From positions 1 to 47,537 of the forward strand of contig JBKJJJ010000077.1 of NCBI GenBank assembly GCA_046598045.1: a stretch of DNA of 47,537 bases, in the 5' to 3' direction. The notes below the pieces were generated by a model that ran no database searches, was not told where the DNA came from, and saw nothing but the letters and a program-made list of their open reading frames with translations. Positions 35,646 to 46,178 of this stretch are shown piece by piece; positions within the stretch are counted from its first letter, which is position 1; each line of letters opens with the position of its first letter. The DNA is from Candidatus Eiseniibacteriota bacterium (GTDB taxonomy: Bacteria; Eisenbacteria; RBG-16-71-46; DASYSL01). The translations under genes and the position numbers were made by a program.

Positions 35646-36029
35646 GTGAACCCTGTGGCGACGTGGCTCGGTGTCGCGCTCGGCGGGGCGCTGGGCACGC
35701 TGCTGCGCTATGTGCTCGGCGGGTGGATCCAGCACGCCTCGGGCAGCACGTTTCCGTGGGGCACGCTGGCGGTCAACGTCGCCGGCTGCGCCGCGATTGG
35801 CGTGCTGGCCGCGTACGCCGATCGCGGCGGCCTGCTCTCGCCGGGGTGGCGCATCGCGCTCCAGTTCGGCGTGCTGGGGGGCTTCACCACGTACTCGGCG
35901 TTCAGCCTCGAGACCCTCCGCCTCGTGGGCAGTGGTGACTTCGGCCGGGCGGCCGCGTATTTCGGCGCGACCAATCTGGGCTGTTTCGCCGCGGTGTGGA
36001 TCGCCTACCGCCTGATCGAGCGCGCCTGA
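35646..36029 (+). CDS. crcB: Fluoride efflux channel CrcB/FluC
   Basis: GGALGTLLRY, FPWGTLAVN and GVLGGFTTYSAF motifs. Confidence 0.93.
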   Translation: MNPVATWLGVALGGALGTLLRYVLGGWIQHASGSTFPWGTLAVNVAGCAAIGVLAAYADRGGLLSPGWRIALQFGVLGGFTTYSAFSLETLRLVGSGDFGRAAAYFGATNLGCFAAVWIAYRLIERA

Positions 36030-36030
36030 G

Positions 36031-37044
36031 ATGGCCCGCGCCAAGTCCAAGCGCCTGGTCGACCTGCTCACGCTGCTGCTATCCGCGCGCTACCCCGTGT
36101 CGCGCGCCGCGATCCGCCGCCTCGAAGGCTACCCGCGCGGCGAGGACGCGTTCCACCGCCAGTTCGAGCGCGACAAGGCGGCGCTGCGCGAACTCGGCTT
36201 CCCGGTGGTCGAGGTCGGCGACGAGGACAAGGAGAGCGGCTACCTGCTGCAGCGCGCGCGGCTCAAGCTCCCCGAGGTGCGGCTCACGCCCGAGGAGACG
36301 GTCGCGCTCGCGCTCGCGCGCCGCATCGGCGGGCTGCATGCGCTCGTCGGCGGTAGCGTCAGGCAGGCGCTCGGCAAGCTCGGCATGGTCGGCGCGACGC
36401 CGCCCTCGTCGGCCGACGTCGCGCTGGTCGCGCCGCCCACGCGCTCGAAGGCCGAGGAGGACCGCCTGCGCGTGCTCGAAAGCGCGATCGCCCGCAGCCA
36501 CCGCCTGCGCCTGCGCTATCGCGCGCTGGGCGCGAGCGCGGTGACCGAGCGCGAGGTCGACCCGTACGGGCTCTACGTGCACGGCGGCGCCTGGTACCTC
36601 GTCGGCCACGACCACCTGCGCAATGCCACGCGCACGTTCCGCGCCGGCCGCATCGAGAAGCTCGCGCGGGTCTCGCGCAGCGCGGGCGCCGACTTCACCG
36701 AGCCCAAGGGCTTCCGCATCGAGGACTATGTCGAGCGCATGCTCTGGGGCGGCTGGAAGGGCGTGGTCGACGACGCGGTCGTGCGCTTCGAACCCTCGGA
36801 TGCATGGCGCGTGAGCCGCCTCGCCGGACCGCGCGTCGTGGTCAAGCGCGCGCCGGATGGCGGCCTGCTCGTGCGCTTCCAGCGCGCGAACCCCGACGCG
36901 CTCCTGTCGTGGGTCGCGACGCTCGGCCGCGGCGTGACGATCGAGGGCCCCGCGGCGCTGCGCGCCGAGGCCCGGAAGTTCTTCGAGCGCGCCGAGCGCG
37001 CGCATGCGGGCAAGGCGCTGCCCGCGAAGTCGAAAGCGCGCTGA
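36031..37044 (+). CDS. pafB: HTH-WYL-WCX transcription factor, PafB-like
   Basis: F.RQFERDKAALRELG HTH signature; REVDPYGL…WYLVGHDHLR..RTFR..RI WYL domain. Confidence 0.8.
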   Translation: MARAKSKRLVDLLTLLLSARYPVSRAAIRRLEGYPRGEDAFHRQFERDKAALRELGFPVVEVGDEDKESGYLLQRARLKLPEVRLTPEETVALALARRIGGLHALVGGSVRQALGKLGMVGATPPSSADVALVAPPTRSKAEEDRLRVLESAIARSHRLRLRYRALGASAVTEREVDPYGLYVHGGAWYLVGHDHLRNATRTFRAGRIEKLARVSRSAGADFTEPKGFRIEDYVERMLWGGWKGVVDDAVVRFEPSDAWRVSRLAGPRVVVKRAPDGGLLVRFQRANPDALLSWVATLGRGVTIEGPAALRAEARKFFERAERAHAGKALPAKSKAR

Positions 37045-38021
37045 TGGCCCACGCCCCGGAGCACATTCCGCGCCTGCTCGCGCTCGTGCGCGCGCTGGTC
37101 TCGGCGAAGCGCCTGCCGCTGGCGCAGCTCGCCGAGGAGCTCGACGTCAGCGAGACCGAGCTGCGCGCCGACATCGAGCTGCTCTCGCTGTGCGGCCTGC
37201 CGCCCTACGGGCCCGACAACCTGATCGACATCCAGGTCGGCAAGGACGGGTTGGTGCGGCTCTCCAATCGCGTGCTCGCGCCGCCGCCGCTCCAGCTCAC
37301 AGACGAGGAGGCGGCCGGGCTCAGGCTCGCGCTCAAGCTCGCCGAGGCGCAGGGCTGGCCGGAATCGCGGGCGCTCGCGAGCGCGATCAAGAAGCTCGAG
37401 CACGCGCTCCTGCCCGAGCGGCGGGAAGGCGCCCGCCGGCTCGCCCGCCGCGTGGGCGTGGTGGTCGATCCCGACGACGCGGCGGGGGAGCGCTGGCTCG
37501 CGCTCATCCAGCGCGCGATCGAGGCGCGCACGTCGGTCGACGTGACCTACTACTCCGACGGGCGCGAGGCGCGCACCGATCGCCGGGTCGATCCCTATCG
37601 CCTGGTCGCGACCGAGCACGCGCGTTACCTGATCGCGTTCTGCCACCTGCGGCAGGCCGTGCTGACCTTCCGGCTCGACCGCATCCTGCGCGCGAAGAAG
37701 ACTGCCGCGCGCTTCACGCCGCCCGCCGCGCTCGAGCCCGGCGACTACCTCGGCGACACGCCGAAGGACGCGGCGAAAATGGTCTCCGTGACGGTCAAGT
37801 TCGCGCCTTCGGTCGGGCGCATGGCGCTCGAGAGCTACCCCGGCGCGAAGCCGACGGACGACGGCGGCGCGCTGTGGAAGACGCGCGTGTGGCCGACCTT
37901 CGCGTTCTGCCGGCAGATCGTGGCGTGGGGCGGTGGGGCCGAGGTGATCGAGCCCGTGGAGCTGCGCGAGCTGGTGCGGAAATACGCGAGCGAGCTGGTC
38001 GCGCGCTACGAAGCGCCCTGA
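37044..38021 (+). CDS. pafC: HTH-WYL-WCX transcription factor, PafC-like
   Basis: LSLCGLPPYGPDNLIDI PafC-type motif; RRVDPY…YLIAFCH…TFRLDRI; TGATG coupling to pafB. Confidence 0.8.
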   Translation: MAHAPEHIPRLLALVRALVSAKRLPLAQLAEELDVSETELRADIELLSLCGLPPYGPDNLIDIQVGKDGLVRLSNRVLAPPPLQLTDEEAAGLRLALKLAEAQGWPESRALASAIKKLEHALLPERREGARRLARRVGVVVDPDDAAGERWLALIQRAIEARTSVDVTYYSDGREARTDRRVDPYRLVATEHARYLIAFCHLRQAVLTFRLDRILRAKKTAARFTPPAALEPGDYLGDTPKDAAKMVSVTVKFAPSVGRMALESYPGAKPTDDGGALWKTRVWPTFAFCRQIVAWGGGAEVIEPVELRELVRKYASELVARYEAP

Positions 38022-38875
38022 TCGAGCGCGGCAGCCTCGCGCCAATCCTGCCAACGTTGCTGCAGTTCGCGCGTGAGCGGGCCCGGCACGCCTCCCGCGA
38101 CTGCCTGGTCGTCCATGCGCACCAGGGGCGTCACCCCGCGCACCGCGTTGGTCAGGAACGCCTCGTGCGCAACTGCGACATCGCGCGGGCCGAAATCCAC
38201 CTCCTGCCAGCGCCGCGCGAGCCAGCCCGTCACGCGTTCGCGCGCGATACCCGACAGGATTGGCAGCGCGGCCCGCGGCGTGAACGCCCGCCCATCGCGC
38301 ACCACGAACAGGTTCGCGCCCGCGCCCTCGAGCACGCGATCGCGCGCGTCGACCAGCAGCGCCTCGTCGGCGCCCGCGGCGCGCGCGCGCGACTGGGCGA
38401 CGACGTAGGTCATGGCGGAGAGCGTCTTGTGGCGCGCCAGCTCGCCGGGGGTGAGACCGGTGATCGCGACCGCGCTCACGCCTGCGTCGAGCTGCGCGGC
38501 GCGACTCGCGGGAGCGGAGAACGCCGCAACCATCATGCGCGGCGGTCCGTCTGCCGGATCGGGCACGAAGCGGCGGGAGCGCGCTTCGCCGCGCGACCAC
38601 GTGACCCGCAGCGAATCGGCCTCTTCGCCCGCGGCGTCCAGGCAGAGCGCGATCGCGCCATCCCACGCCGCGCGCTCCGGCCGCGGGAACCCGAGCGCCG
38701 CGCAGGAGGCGGTCATGCGTTCAAAGTGGCGGGCGGCCTCGAGCGCGCGGCGCCGGTGGACCGGGATGGACTCGAACAGGCCGTCGCCGTAGAGCAGGCC
38801 CCGCTCGAGCGGCGGGAACGCGGGCGCGTCGGCCCGGGCCAGCGCGCCGTCGAGCACGAGCGCCAGCGTGCTCAT
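38006..38875 (-). CDS. pabC: Aminotransferase class IV (4-amino-4-deoxychorismate lyase-like)
   Basis: RGLLYGDGLFE, HKT (PLP lysine), EGAGANLF, LSGIAR, EAFLTNA; coupled to pabB. Confidence 0.8.
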   Translation of the reverse strand: MSTLALVLDGALARADAPAFPPLERGLLYGDGLFESIPVHRRRALEAARHFERMTASCAALGFPRPERAAWDGAIALCLDAAGEEADSLRVTWSRGEARSRRFVPDPADGPPRMMVAAFSAPASRAAQLDAGVSAVAITGLTPGELARHKTLSAMTYVVAQSRARAAGADEALLVDARDRVLEGAGANLFVVRDGRAFTPRAALPILSGIARERVTGWLARRWQEVDFGPRDVAVAHEAFLTNAVRGVTPLVRMDDQAVAGGVPGPLTRELQQRWQDWREAAALDQGAS

Positions 38876-40386
38876 ACGGGCCGGGCGGACACCGCGGCGT
38901 GCATGGCGCGCGCCTTGCTCCAGCTCTCGGCGGCCTCCTCGTCGACCTGCGAGTCGATCACGATGCCGCCGCCGGCCTGGTAGTACGCGCGGCCGCCGGT
39001 GACGAGGATCGTGCGGATCGCGACGTTGAGCCCGAACGCACCGTCGAACCCGAGCCAGCCGATCCCGCCGCAGTATTGCGCGCGGCGCGTGGGCTCGAGC
39101 TCCTCGATGATCTCGATCGCGCGGCGCTTGGGCGCGCCGGTGATCGAGCCTGCAGGGAACGCGGCCGCGATCGCCTGCCACGGCGTGACGCCCGCGCGCT
39201 GCACGCCGGTGATGGTCGAGGTCAGGTGGTGCACGGTGAGGAACACCTCGTGGCCCGCGAGCGTCTCGACCACGACCGTGCCGTAATCGCTCACGCGGCC
39301 GAGGTCGTGGCGGTGCACGTCGACGATCATCACGTGCTCGGCGCGGTCCTTCGGGCTGGCGAGCAGGTCCTTGATCAGCGTGGTGTCCTCGGCGCGGTCG
39401 CCGCCGCGCGGGCGCGTGCCCTTGATCGGGCGCGTCACCAGACGGCGGCCATCGCCGGCGAGGAACAACTCGGGCGATGCCGACACGATCGCGCGGCCGG
39501 GGGCGGTGAACATCGCGCCGTAGGGCGCGCGGGCGCGCTCGCGCAAGCGCGCGTAGAGGACCGAGCCCGGATCGGCGCACGGTGCGTCGAAGCGGCGCGT
39601 GAGGTTCGCCTGGTAGAGATCTCCGGCGCGCAGGTACTCCTGCACGCGCTCGAACGCGTGCGCGTAGTCCGCGTCGCTCATGTTCGAGGACAGCGTGGCC
39701 TCGGCGTCGGCGTGCGGCGCGGGGGCGGCGGGCGACTCGTGCCGCGCGGCTTCGAGGTCCTGCGACAGCGCGTCGAGCGCGGCCTCGGGCCGGGCGAGCG
39801 CGGGGTGGCGCGCGGCGACCGCGAACGCGCGACCGCTCGGGTGGTGGAACGCGAGCAATGCGCCGACGACGCGCACGTCGAACCACGGCCAGTCGAGGTC
39901 GCGCGCGGCGCGCGACGCCCAGGGCGCGAAGTCCTCGAGCGCGCGCGCGGCGTCGTACGACAGCGCGACCACGAGTCCGCCGCGAAACGGCGGGATCGGC
40001 TGGCCGGCGGGCGCTTGCGCGCGCGCGGAGTCGTCCGGCGTGGCGAACGGCGCGCGCGCCTTCTCCCACGCCGCGGAGAGCGTCTCCCACGGTCGCGCCG
40101 GCGCGGAGGCCAGCTCGTCGAACAGCGCGTCGGCGGCCGCGATGCCTGCGCGCGCGTCGGCCCACGCGGCGCCGTTGTGCTCGAACGCGCCGGCGGGATT
40201 CCAGGCGAGGAACGTCCAGATGCCCCACGGCGACTCGGGCAGCCCCGACTCGAGCAGCGCGACGTGCGAAGCGCGCCGCGCCTCGAGCGCGGCGGCGAGG
40301 CGGCCCGGGTCGATCCAGTCGACTTCGCGCACCAGCGCGTCGGGCAGGGCGAGGTCGGGGGCGCTCGGGGCGGGGCGGGTGGTCAT
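38872..40386 (-). CDS. pabB: Aminodeoxychorismate synthase component I
   Basis: GDLYQANL, SASPELF, TRPIKGTRPR (PabB PIKGT lysine), KDRAEHVMIVD, FPAGSITGAPK, GGGIV.DS. Confidence 0.85.
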   Translation of the reverse strand: MTTRPAPSAPDLALPDALVREVDWIDPGRLAAALEARRASHVALLESGLPESPWGIWTFLAWNPAGAFEHNGAAWADARAGIAAADALFDELASAPARPWETLSAAWEKARAPFATPDDSARAQAPAGQPIPPFRGGLVVALSYDAARALEDFAPWASRAARDLDWPWFDVRVVGALLAFHHPSGRAFAVAARHPALARPEAALDALSQDLEAARHESPAAPAPHADAEATLSSNMSDADYAHAFERVQEYLRAGDLYQANLTRRFDAPCADPGSVLYARLRERARAPYGAMFTAPGRAIVSASPELFLAGDGRRLVTRPIKGTRPRGGDRAEDTTLIKDLLASPKDRAEHVMIVDVHRHDLGRVSDYGTVVVETLAGHEVFLTVHHLTSTITGVQRAGVTPWQAIAAAFPAGSITGAPKRRAIEIIEELEPTRRAQYCGGIGWLGFDGAFGLNVAIRTILVTGGRAYYQAGGGIVIDSQVDEEAAESWSKARAMHAAVSARPV

Positions 40387-40483
40387 GGGCCCCACGATAC
40401 CGGCGCGCGGCGCTCGCCGCCAGAGGGAGCGCGCGCCGCGCCACGGTGGACTTGCCCGTATCCCTGTGGCACGCTCGCTCCCC

Positions 40484-41796
40484 ATGATCCTCGGTCCAGC
40501 GACCATCGTCGTCGGCGGCGCAGAGCCGCACATCCTTCCCCAGGCCGCCCTGCGCGTCGTCGGCGCCCACGTCGCGGCGGTCGGTCCGATGCGCGACGTC
40601 ACGCAGGCGTTCCCCGAGGATCCGGTGTGGGACACGGCGCACCGCATCGTGCTTCCCGGCTACGTCAACGGGATGGTCTCGCCGCACGCCGTGCTCGGCG
40701 AGGGGCTCGCCGGCTACGGCTCCCCGGGGGACGCCGGACCGACGTGGCGCACGCTCGAGGACGAACTCGGCCCCGACGACCTGTTCGTCGCCACCCAGTC
40801 CGCGCTCACGCAGGGCCTCAAGCACGGCGTGACCACGAGCGTGCTCCTGGTCTCGCCGTTCCACTCGGGCGCGGCCGGCCTCGAGGCGGTCGCGCGCGCG
40901 GCCGAGAGCGTGCGTGCGCGCGCCCTGATCGTGGCCCTGGTCAACGACCGTCGCGGCACGGCCGAAGCGCGCACGCTGCTCGAGGCCGCGAGTGCCTTCG
41001 TCGAGAAGATGAAGAAGAACTGGGGCGACCGCGTACGGGCCATGCCCGGCGTCGGCCCGCTCGCCGACGTGTCGCAGGAGACGCTCGCCGCCGTGGCCGC
41101 GGCCGCGCGCCGGCTGGGCGTGGGCGTGTTCGCGCTCGCGGGCGTGGATGAGCGCGATGCCCGCGATGCCAGGGAGCGCCACGGCTCGACGCCGATCGCG
41201 CGCCTCCTGCGCGAGGAGATGCTCGATGCGCGCGCGATCGTCGCGCCCGGCCGCTCCCTGCCCGAGCCCGACTGGGAGCTGTTGCGCGCGTCGGGCGCGG
41301 CGTGGGTCTCGACCCCGCGCGAGGACATCGAGGATCTCGGCACGCACCTCGACTACGTCGCGCTCGCGGAGCGCGGCCTCGTGCCCGTGCTCGGCAGCGG
41401 CGGATTGACGCCGCACCTGCCGGGCGAGGGTGAGATGATCTACCGCGGCGCACGCCTGCTAGGCCGCCCCGCGGCCGCGGCGAAGGGCCTGGTCGCGCGC
41501 GCGTTGTTCGAGCGCGGGCCCGATCTCGCGCAGCGGCACTTCACGCCCGGGCTCGGCCTGCTCGCGCCGGGATCCCCGGCCGACCTGGTCGTGCTCGACG
41601 TGTACCCGGCAACTCCCTTCGGACCGGAGAATTGGACCGACCACCTCGTGCAGAGCCTCGCCACCGCGCGCGTCCACGCGGCGATGGTGGCGGGCGACCT
41701 GCTCCTTCAGGATGGCCGCGCGCTCGTCGTCGACGAACGCGAGCTGCAACAGAAGTCGCGCGCCATCGTCCACCGTCTCTGGCCCAGGGTGACCCC

Positions 41797-41800
<4 letters not shown>
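40484..41800 (+). CDS. Amidohydrolase-fold (SsnA/AtzA-like) protein lacking metal ligands
   Basis: IVLPGYVN, GVTT, LAPGSPADLVVLD and V…MVAG fold motifs are present; the HxH, His and Asp ligand positions are substituted. Confidence 0.75.
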
Positions 41801-42915
<1,115 letters not shown>

Positions 42916-42922
42916 GGCGCGC

Positions 42923-43768
42923 ATGGCCATCCTGCTGGTCGCCGACGACGATCCCGACGTCCGTGGCTACCTCGTCACCGTGCTCGAGCGCGATGGCCAT
43001 ACGATCACCGAGGCCGGCGATGGCCAGGCCGCGCTCGACCTGATTCTCTACGCCGACTTCGACCTCGTCGTGCTCGACGTCCACATGCCGAAGCTCACGG
43101 GCCTCGAGGTCCTCGCGCGCCTGCGCGAGGCGGGGCGCGAGGTGCGCGCGATCGTGCTCACCGGGGACGACACGCCCGATACCGTGATCGGCGCGGCCGA
43201 GAACCAGGCGGTGCGATACCTTTCCAAGCCGATCCGCCCGGGCACGCTGAGCGCGCAGGTGCAGGCCGCGCTCTCGAGCAAGCTGCCGGGCCGGCCGATC
43301 CGCGTCGTGTCCGCCAAGCGGGACTGGGTCGAGCTGCTCGTGCCGTGCTCGCGCGATTCGGTCGAGCGCGTGCGCTCGTTCCTCGTGCACCTCGATTCCG
43401 ACCTGCCGGAGACCAGCCGCGAGGCGATCGGCCAGGCGTTCCACGAGTTGCTCTCGAACGCGATCGAGTGGGGGGCGGGCAGCGACCCGACGCGCGACGT
43501 GCGCATCGCCTACCTGCGGACGCGGCGCATGGTGCTCTACCGGATCGCGGACCCGGGCCCGGGCTTCCGCTTCGAGGAGTTGGCGCACGCTGCCGCCGGC
43601 GCGCTCGAGCCCGAGCGCCTGGAACACGTGAAGGTGCGCGAGGACCGCGGCATCCGGCCGGGCGGTTTCGGCCTGCTGCTCGCGCGCGCGCTGGTCGACG
43701 AGCTGATCTACAACCAGGCGCAGAACGAGGTCGTGTTCGTGAAGTACCTCGACGAGCTCACGCTTTAG
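42923..43768 (+). CDS. Response-regulator receiver fused to an RsbW-like HATPase_c (anti-sigma kinase) domain
   Basis: ADDD…LVVLDVHMP…YLSKP receiver; ELLSNAIEWG, IADPGPGF, GGFGL…VDEL ATPase boxes. Confidence 0.88.
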   Translation: MAILLVADDDPDVRGYLVTVLERDGHTITEAGDGQAALDLILYADFDLVVLDVHMPKLTGLEVLARLREAGREVRAIVLTGDDTPDTVIGAAENQAVRYLSKPIRPGTLSAQVQAALSSKLPGRPIRVVSAKRDWVELLVPCSRDSVERVRSFLVHLDSDLPETSREAIGQAFHELLSNAIEWGAGSDPTRDVRIAYLRTRRMVLYRIADPGPGFRFEELAHAAAGALEPERLEHVKVREDRGIRPGGFGLLLARALVDELIYNQAQNEVVFVKYLDELTL

Positions 43769-43771
43769 ACT

Positions 43772-45121
43772 TCACAGCCTCCCGAGCAGCTCGAACGTCG
43801 TCCCCAGCGTGAAGCGGAACGTCGTCTTCCCGGCGTCGGGCCCGACCGGCCACGCGACGTAGATGCGTGCGAGCGTCTCGGGATCCGGCACGCCCAGCTT
43901 GAGCGCGAGCCCGGCGCCCGCCGAACCGCGCCACGCGTTCGACGGCGGGCCCGCGAACACGATGTCGCGCCCGCCGGCGTCGTCCCAGGCCGCGCCGGCG
44001 TGAAACAACACGAGCGGCTGGAGCACGAGCCAGTCGGGGTGCGGCAGGCCGACCGCCTCGAGCACGTCGTGCGCCTCGATCAGCTCGACCCGGCCGAGCA
44101 GCAGGTGATCCGTGGCGCCGGTCTCGATCGGCAGCGACGGCACCGCTCGCGGGCCGCCGAGCCCGAAGCGGCGCTGGAGCGGCGCGTTCGCCGCGGTCGC
44201 GCCGGCCTCGAACTGCGCGTACGCCTTGATGGACGATCCGAGGCGCAGCGCCTTGCCGAGCGCACCCCGCATGCGCCAGCGATCCGCGCCGCCGCCGCGC
44301 GCCTCGAGCAGGGCGCCCAGTTCCCAGTCGCCACGCCAGAAGCCGAGGCTGCCGAACGGCTCGGTGTACTCGTCGTCGAGCGCGAGCCGATTCACCGGCA
44401 CGCCTTCCCGGTCCGCGAGCAGCGTGTAGCGCGTGACCAGTGGCATGGGCTGGTCGAGCCAGTGGCGCACGCCCGCCACCAGGCGCCAGTCGCCCGTCCA
44501 GAACGTGAGCCCACCGCTCGCGCCGCGCTGCTCGTACAGGCTCGACGAGCTCTTGCCGGAGAACAGCGCGTCGAAGTTGCCGAGCCGCGGCGTCGCGTGC
44601 TCGGGCAGGAAAGGCTGGCTCGAGCGCGCGTAGCCGAGGTCCAAGTCGATCCGCGTCGCGCCCTCCACGATGCGCCCGGGCTCGGCGAGCAGGCGCCCGC
44701 GGCGCGCCCCGCGGTAGAGCAGCGTGCGCCGGTAGCCGAACGCATAGCGCCCCTGCCGGTTGCCGAAGCCGTACGTGCCCGCGAGGCTCAGCCAGCCGGC
44801 CGCGCGCGATCCGACGCGGCCGGACATGCCGACGATCGCGCCCTCGGCGCGGTGGTAGCCGAGCAGCGGGCTCAACCCGAGTCCGCCGCCGCGCCGATGG
44901 ATGCGCGGTGGCCGCGTCAGCGCGCCGGAGGCGAGCGAGTCGAGGCCCGTGGTGTCGAACGTGACGCTCTGCGTGCCGTAGCTCGCGTCGGTCGAGTCCG
45001 CGAGGCCCTGGAAGAACGCGCCCAACGAATCGGGCGCGGGGCCCTGCGCGCGCGCCGGGTTCGCAACCAGCAGGCTGGTGGCCAGCGCTGCGGCGAGTAC
45101 GACCAGCAGCAGCCGACTCAT
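43772..45121 (-). CDS. Putative outer-membrane beta-barrel protein (resembles the DUF5686 C-terminal half)
   Basis: Signal peptide (…ARA|Q); YHRAEG motif; alternating aromatic/Gly strands; ATGA overlap with the upstream gene. Confidence 0.6.
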   Translation of the reverse strand: MSRLLLVVLAAALATSLLVANPARAQGPAPDSLGAFFQGLADSTDASYGTQSVTFDTTGLDSLASGALTRPPRIHRRGGGLGLSPLLGYHRAEGAIVGMSGRVGSRAAGWLSLAGTYGFGNRQGRYAFGYRRTLLYRGARRGRLLAEPGRIVEGATRIDLDLGYARSSQPFLPEHATPRLGNFDALFSGKSSSSLYEQRGASGGLTFWTGDWRLVAGVRHWLDQPMPLVTRYTLLADREGVPVNRLALDDEYTEPFGSLGFWRGDWELGALLEARGGGADRWRMRGALGKALRLGSSIKAYAQFEAGATAANAPLQRRFGLGGPRAVPSLPIETGATDHLLLGRVELIEAHDVLEAVGLPHPDWLVLQPLVLFHAGAAWDDAGGRDIVFAGPPSNAWRGSAGAGLALKLGVPDPETLARIYVAWPVGPDAGKTTFRFTLGTTFELLGRL

Positions 45122-46074
45122 CGCTTGCCGCCGGCGAAGATCGCGTCGTCGATGCCCCGGTTGATTCGCCAGTCGGTCTCGGTCGCCACGAAGTCCACGG
45201 TCGGCGTCAACGGCTCCTTCGCCATGCGCGCGAACATGCGGGCCATCGAGGTCATCTGGACGCGCGCCAGGATGCGCGACACCACCCACCACCTGCCCTC
45301 GACCTTCGTGCGCTCGACCACGCACGAGTCGATGCGCTTGAAGAACAAGGGCGCCGGCGAGCGGTCGCGATACCAGAACTCCTCGCGCGCGATCACGAAA
45401 TCGTTGGTGTCGACCCACACGCGACCCTCGGGCAGCGCGTCGAGCGTCGAGCGCGGCGTGAACGAGATCACGTACACGACGTGCCCGCCCACGATCTTCC
45501 GGTCGTCGATCTTGAAGCGATAGCGCGCCCGCGCCCGCGGCTCGAACGCGAACGACACGATCTGCTCGCGCATCGTGGGCCCGGCGCCGATTTCGACGTT
45601 GTCGTCCTTCTGCTTGAAGTCGCTGCGCTGGCGGAGCGGGATTTCGCGCACCTTGTCGGGGCGCTTCTTGTAGACCTTGCTCGCGTACTCGAGCTTGGTC
45701 TTCGCGCCGGTCGGCGCCTTGCCGTCGGCATCGAGGTAGGTCAGGCGCGCGAGCAGCGTGTACGACTGGTCGAGCATCAGCGAATCGCGCCGGGCCTCGC
45801 CCTCGGCCACGCGGCGCAGGATCTCCTCGAGCGTGACGCGCGGCGCGCTGACGAACATCGTCGGCAGGAGCGCGGACGGGATCGGGATCGTGTCCTCGGC
45901 GGCGAGCGTCGGCCCGCCGGGCACGCCCGCGAGCGGCGAGCGCGGGAGCGTGCCGGGCGTGCCGGCGATTGCGATCGCGCCGCCGGCCAGCGCTGCGGCG
46001 AGCGTGGATGCGGTCACCGCAGCGACAAGCAGCAGCGTCGGCGCGAGCGCATGCGCCGGGGGTCTGGGCGTCAC
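45118..46074 (-). CDS. Secreted protein resembling the DUF5686 N-terminal half
   Basis: Signal-like N-terminus; YRFKIDD….GGHVVYVISFTPR…EGRVWVDTNDFVIAR; INRGIDDAIF end. GTG start is inferred. Confidence 0.6.
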   Translation of the reverse strand: MTPRPPAHALAPTLLLVAAVTASTLAAALAGGAIAIAGTPGTLPRSPLAGVPGGPTLAAEDTIPIPSALLPTMFVSAPRVTLEEILRRVAEGEARRDSLMLDQSYTLLARLTYLDADGKAPTGAKTKLEYASKVYKKRPDKVREIPLRQRSDFKQKDDNVEIGAGPTMREQIVSFAFEPRARARYRFKIDDRKIVGGHVVYVISFTPRSTLDALPEGRVWVDTNDFVIAREEFWYRDRSPAPLFFKRIDSCVVERTKVEGRWWVVSRILARVQMTSMARMFARMAKEPLTPTVDFVATETDWRINRGIDDAIFAGGKR

Positions 46075-46178
46075 GAGGGCATCCTTTCGAGCGGCGGGTG
46101 GCACGCACGGCGTGCGAGGTGATGGGCGACGCGTGACATTACGCCGGAAGGTGGTGCGGGTTGCAAGCGTGGTGGGGG

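Noticed and set aside
38006..41416. Single 1136-aa fusion ending in the aminotransferase
   Set aside because: The upstream part is a shadow frame of pabB and the amidohydrolase; the ATGA overlap at 38872-38875 marks the real start.
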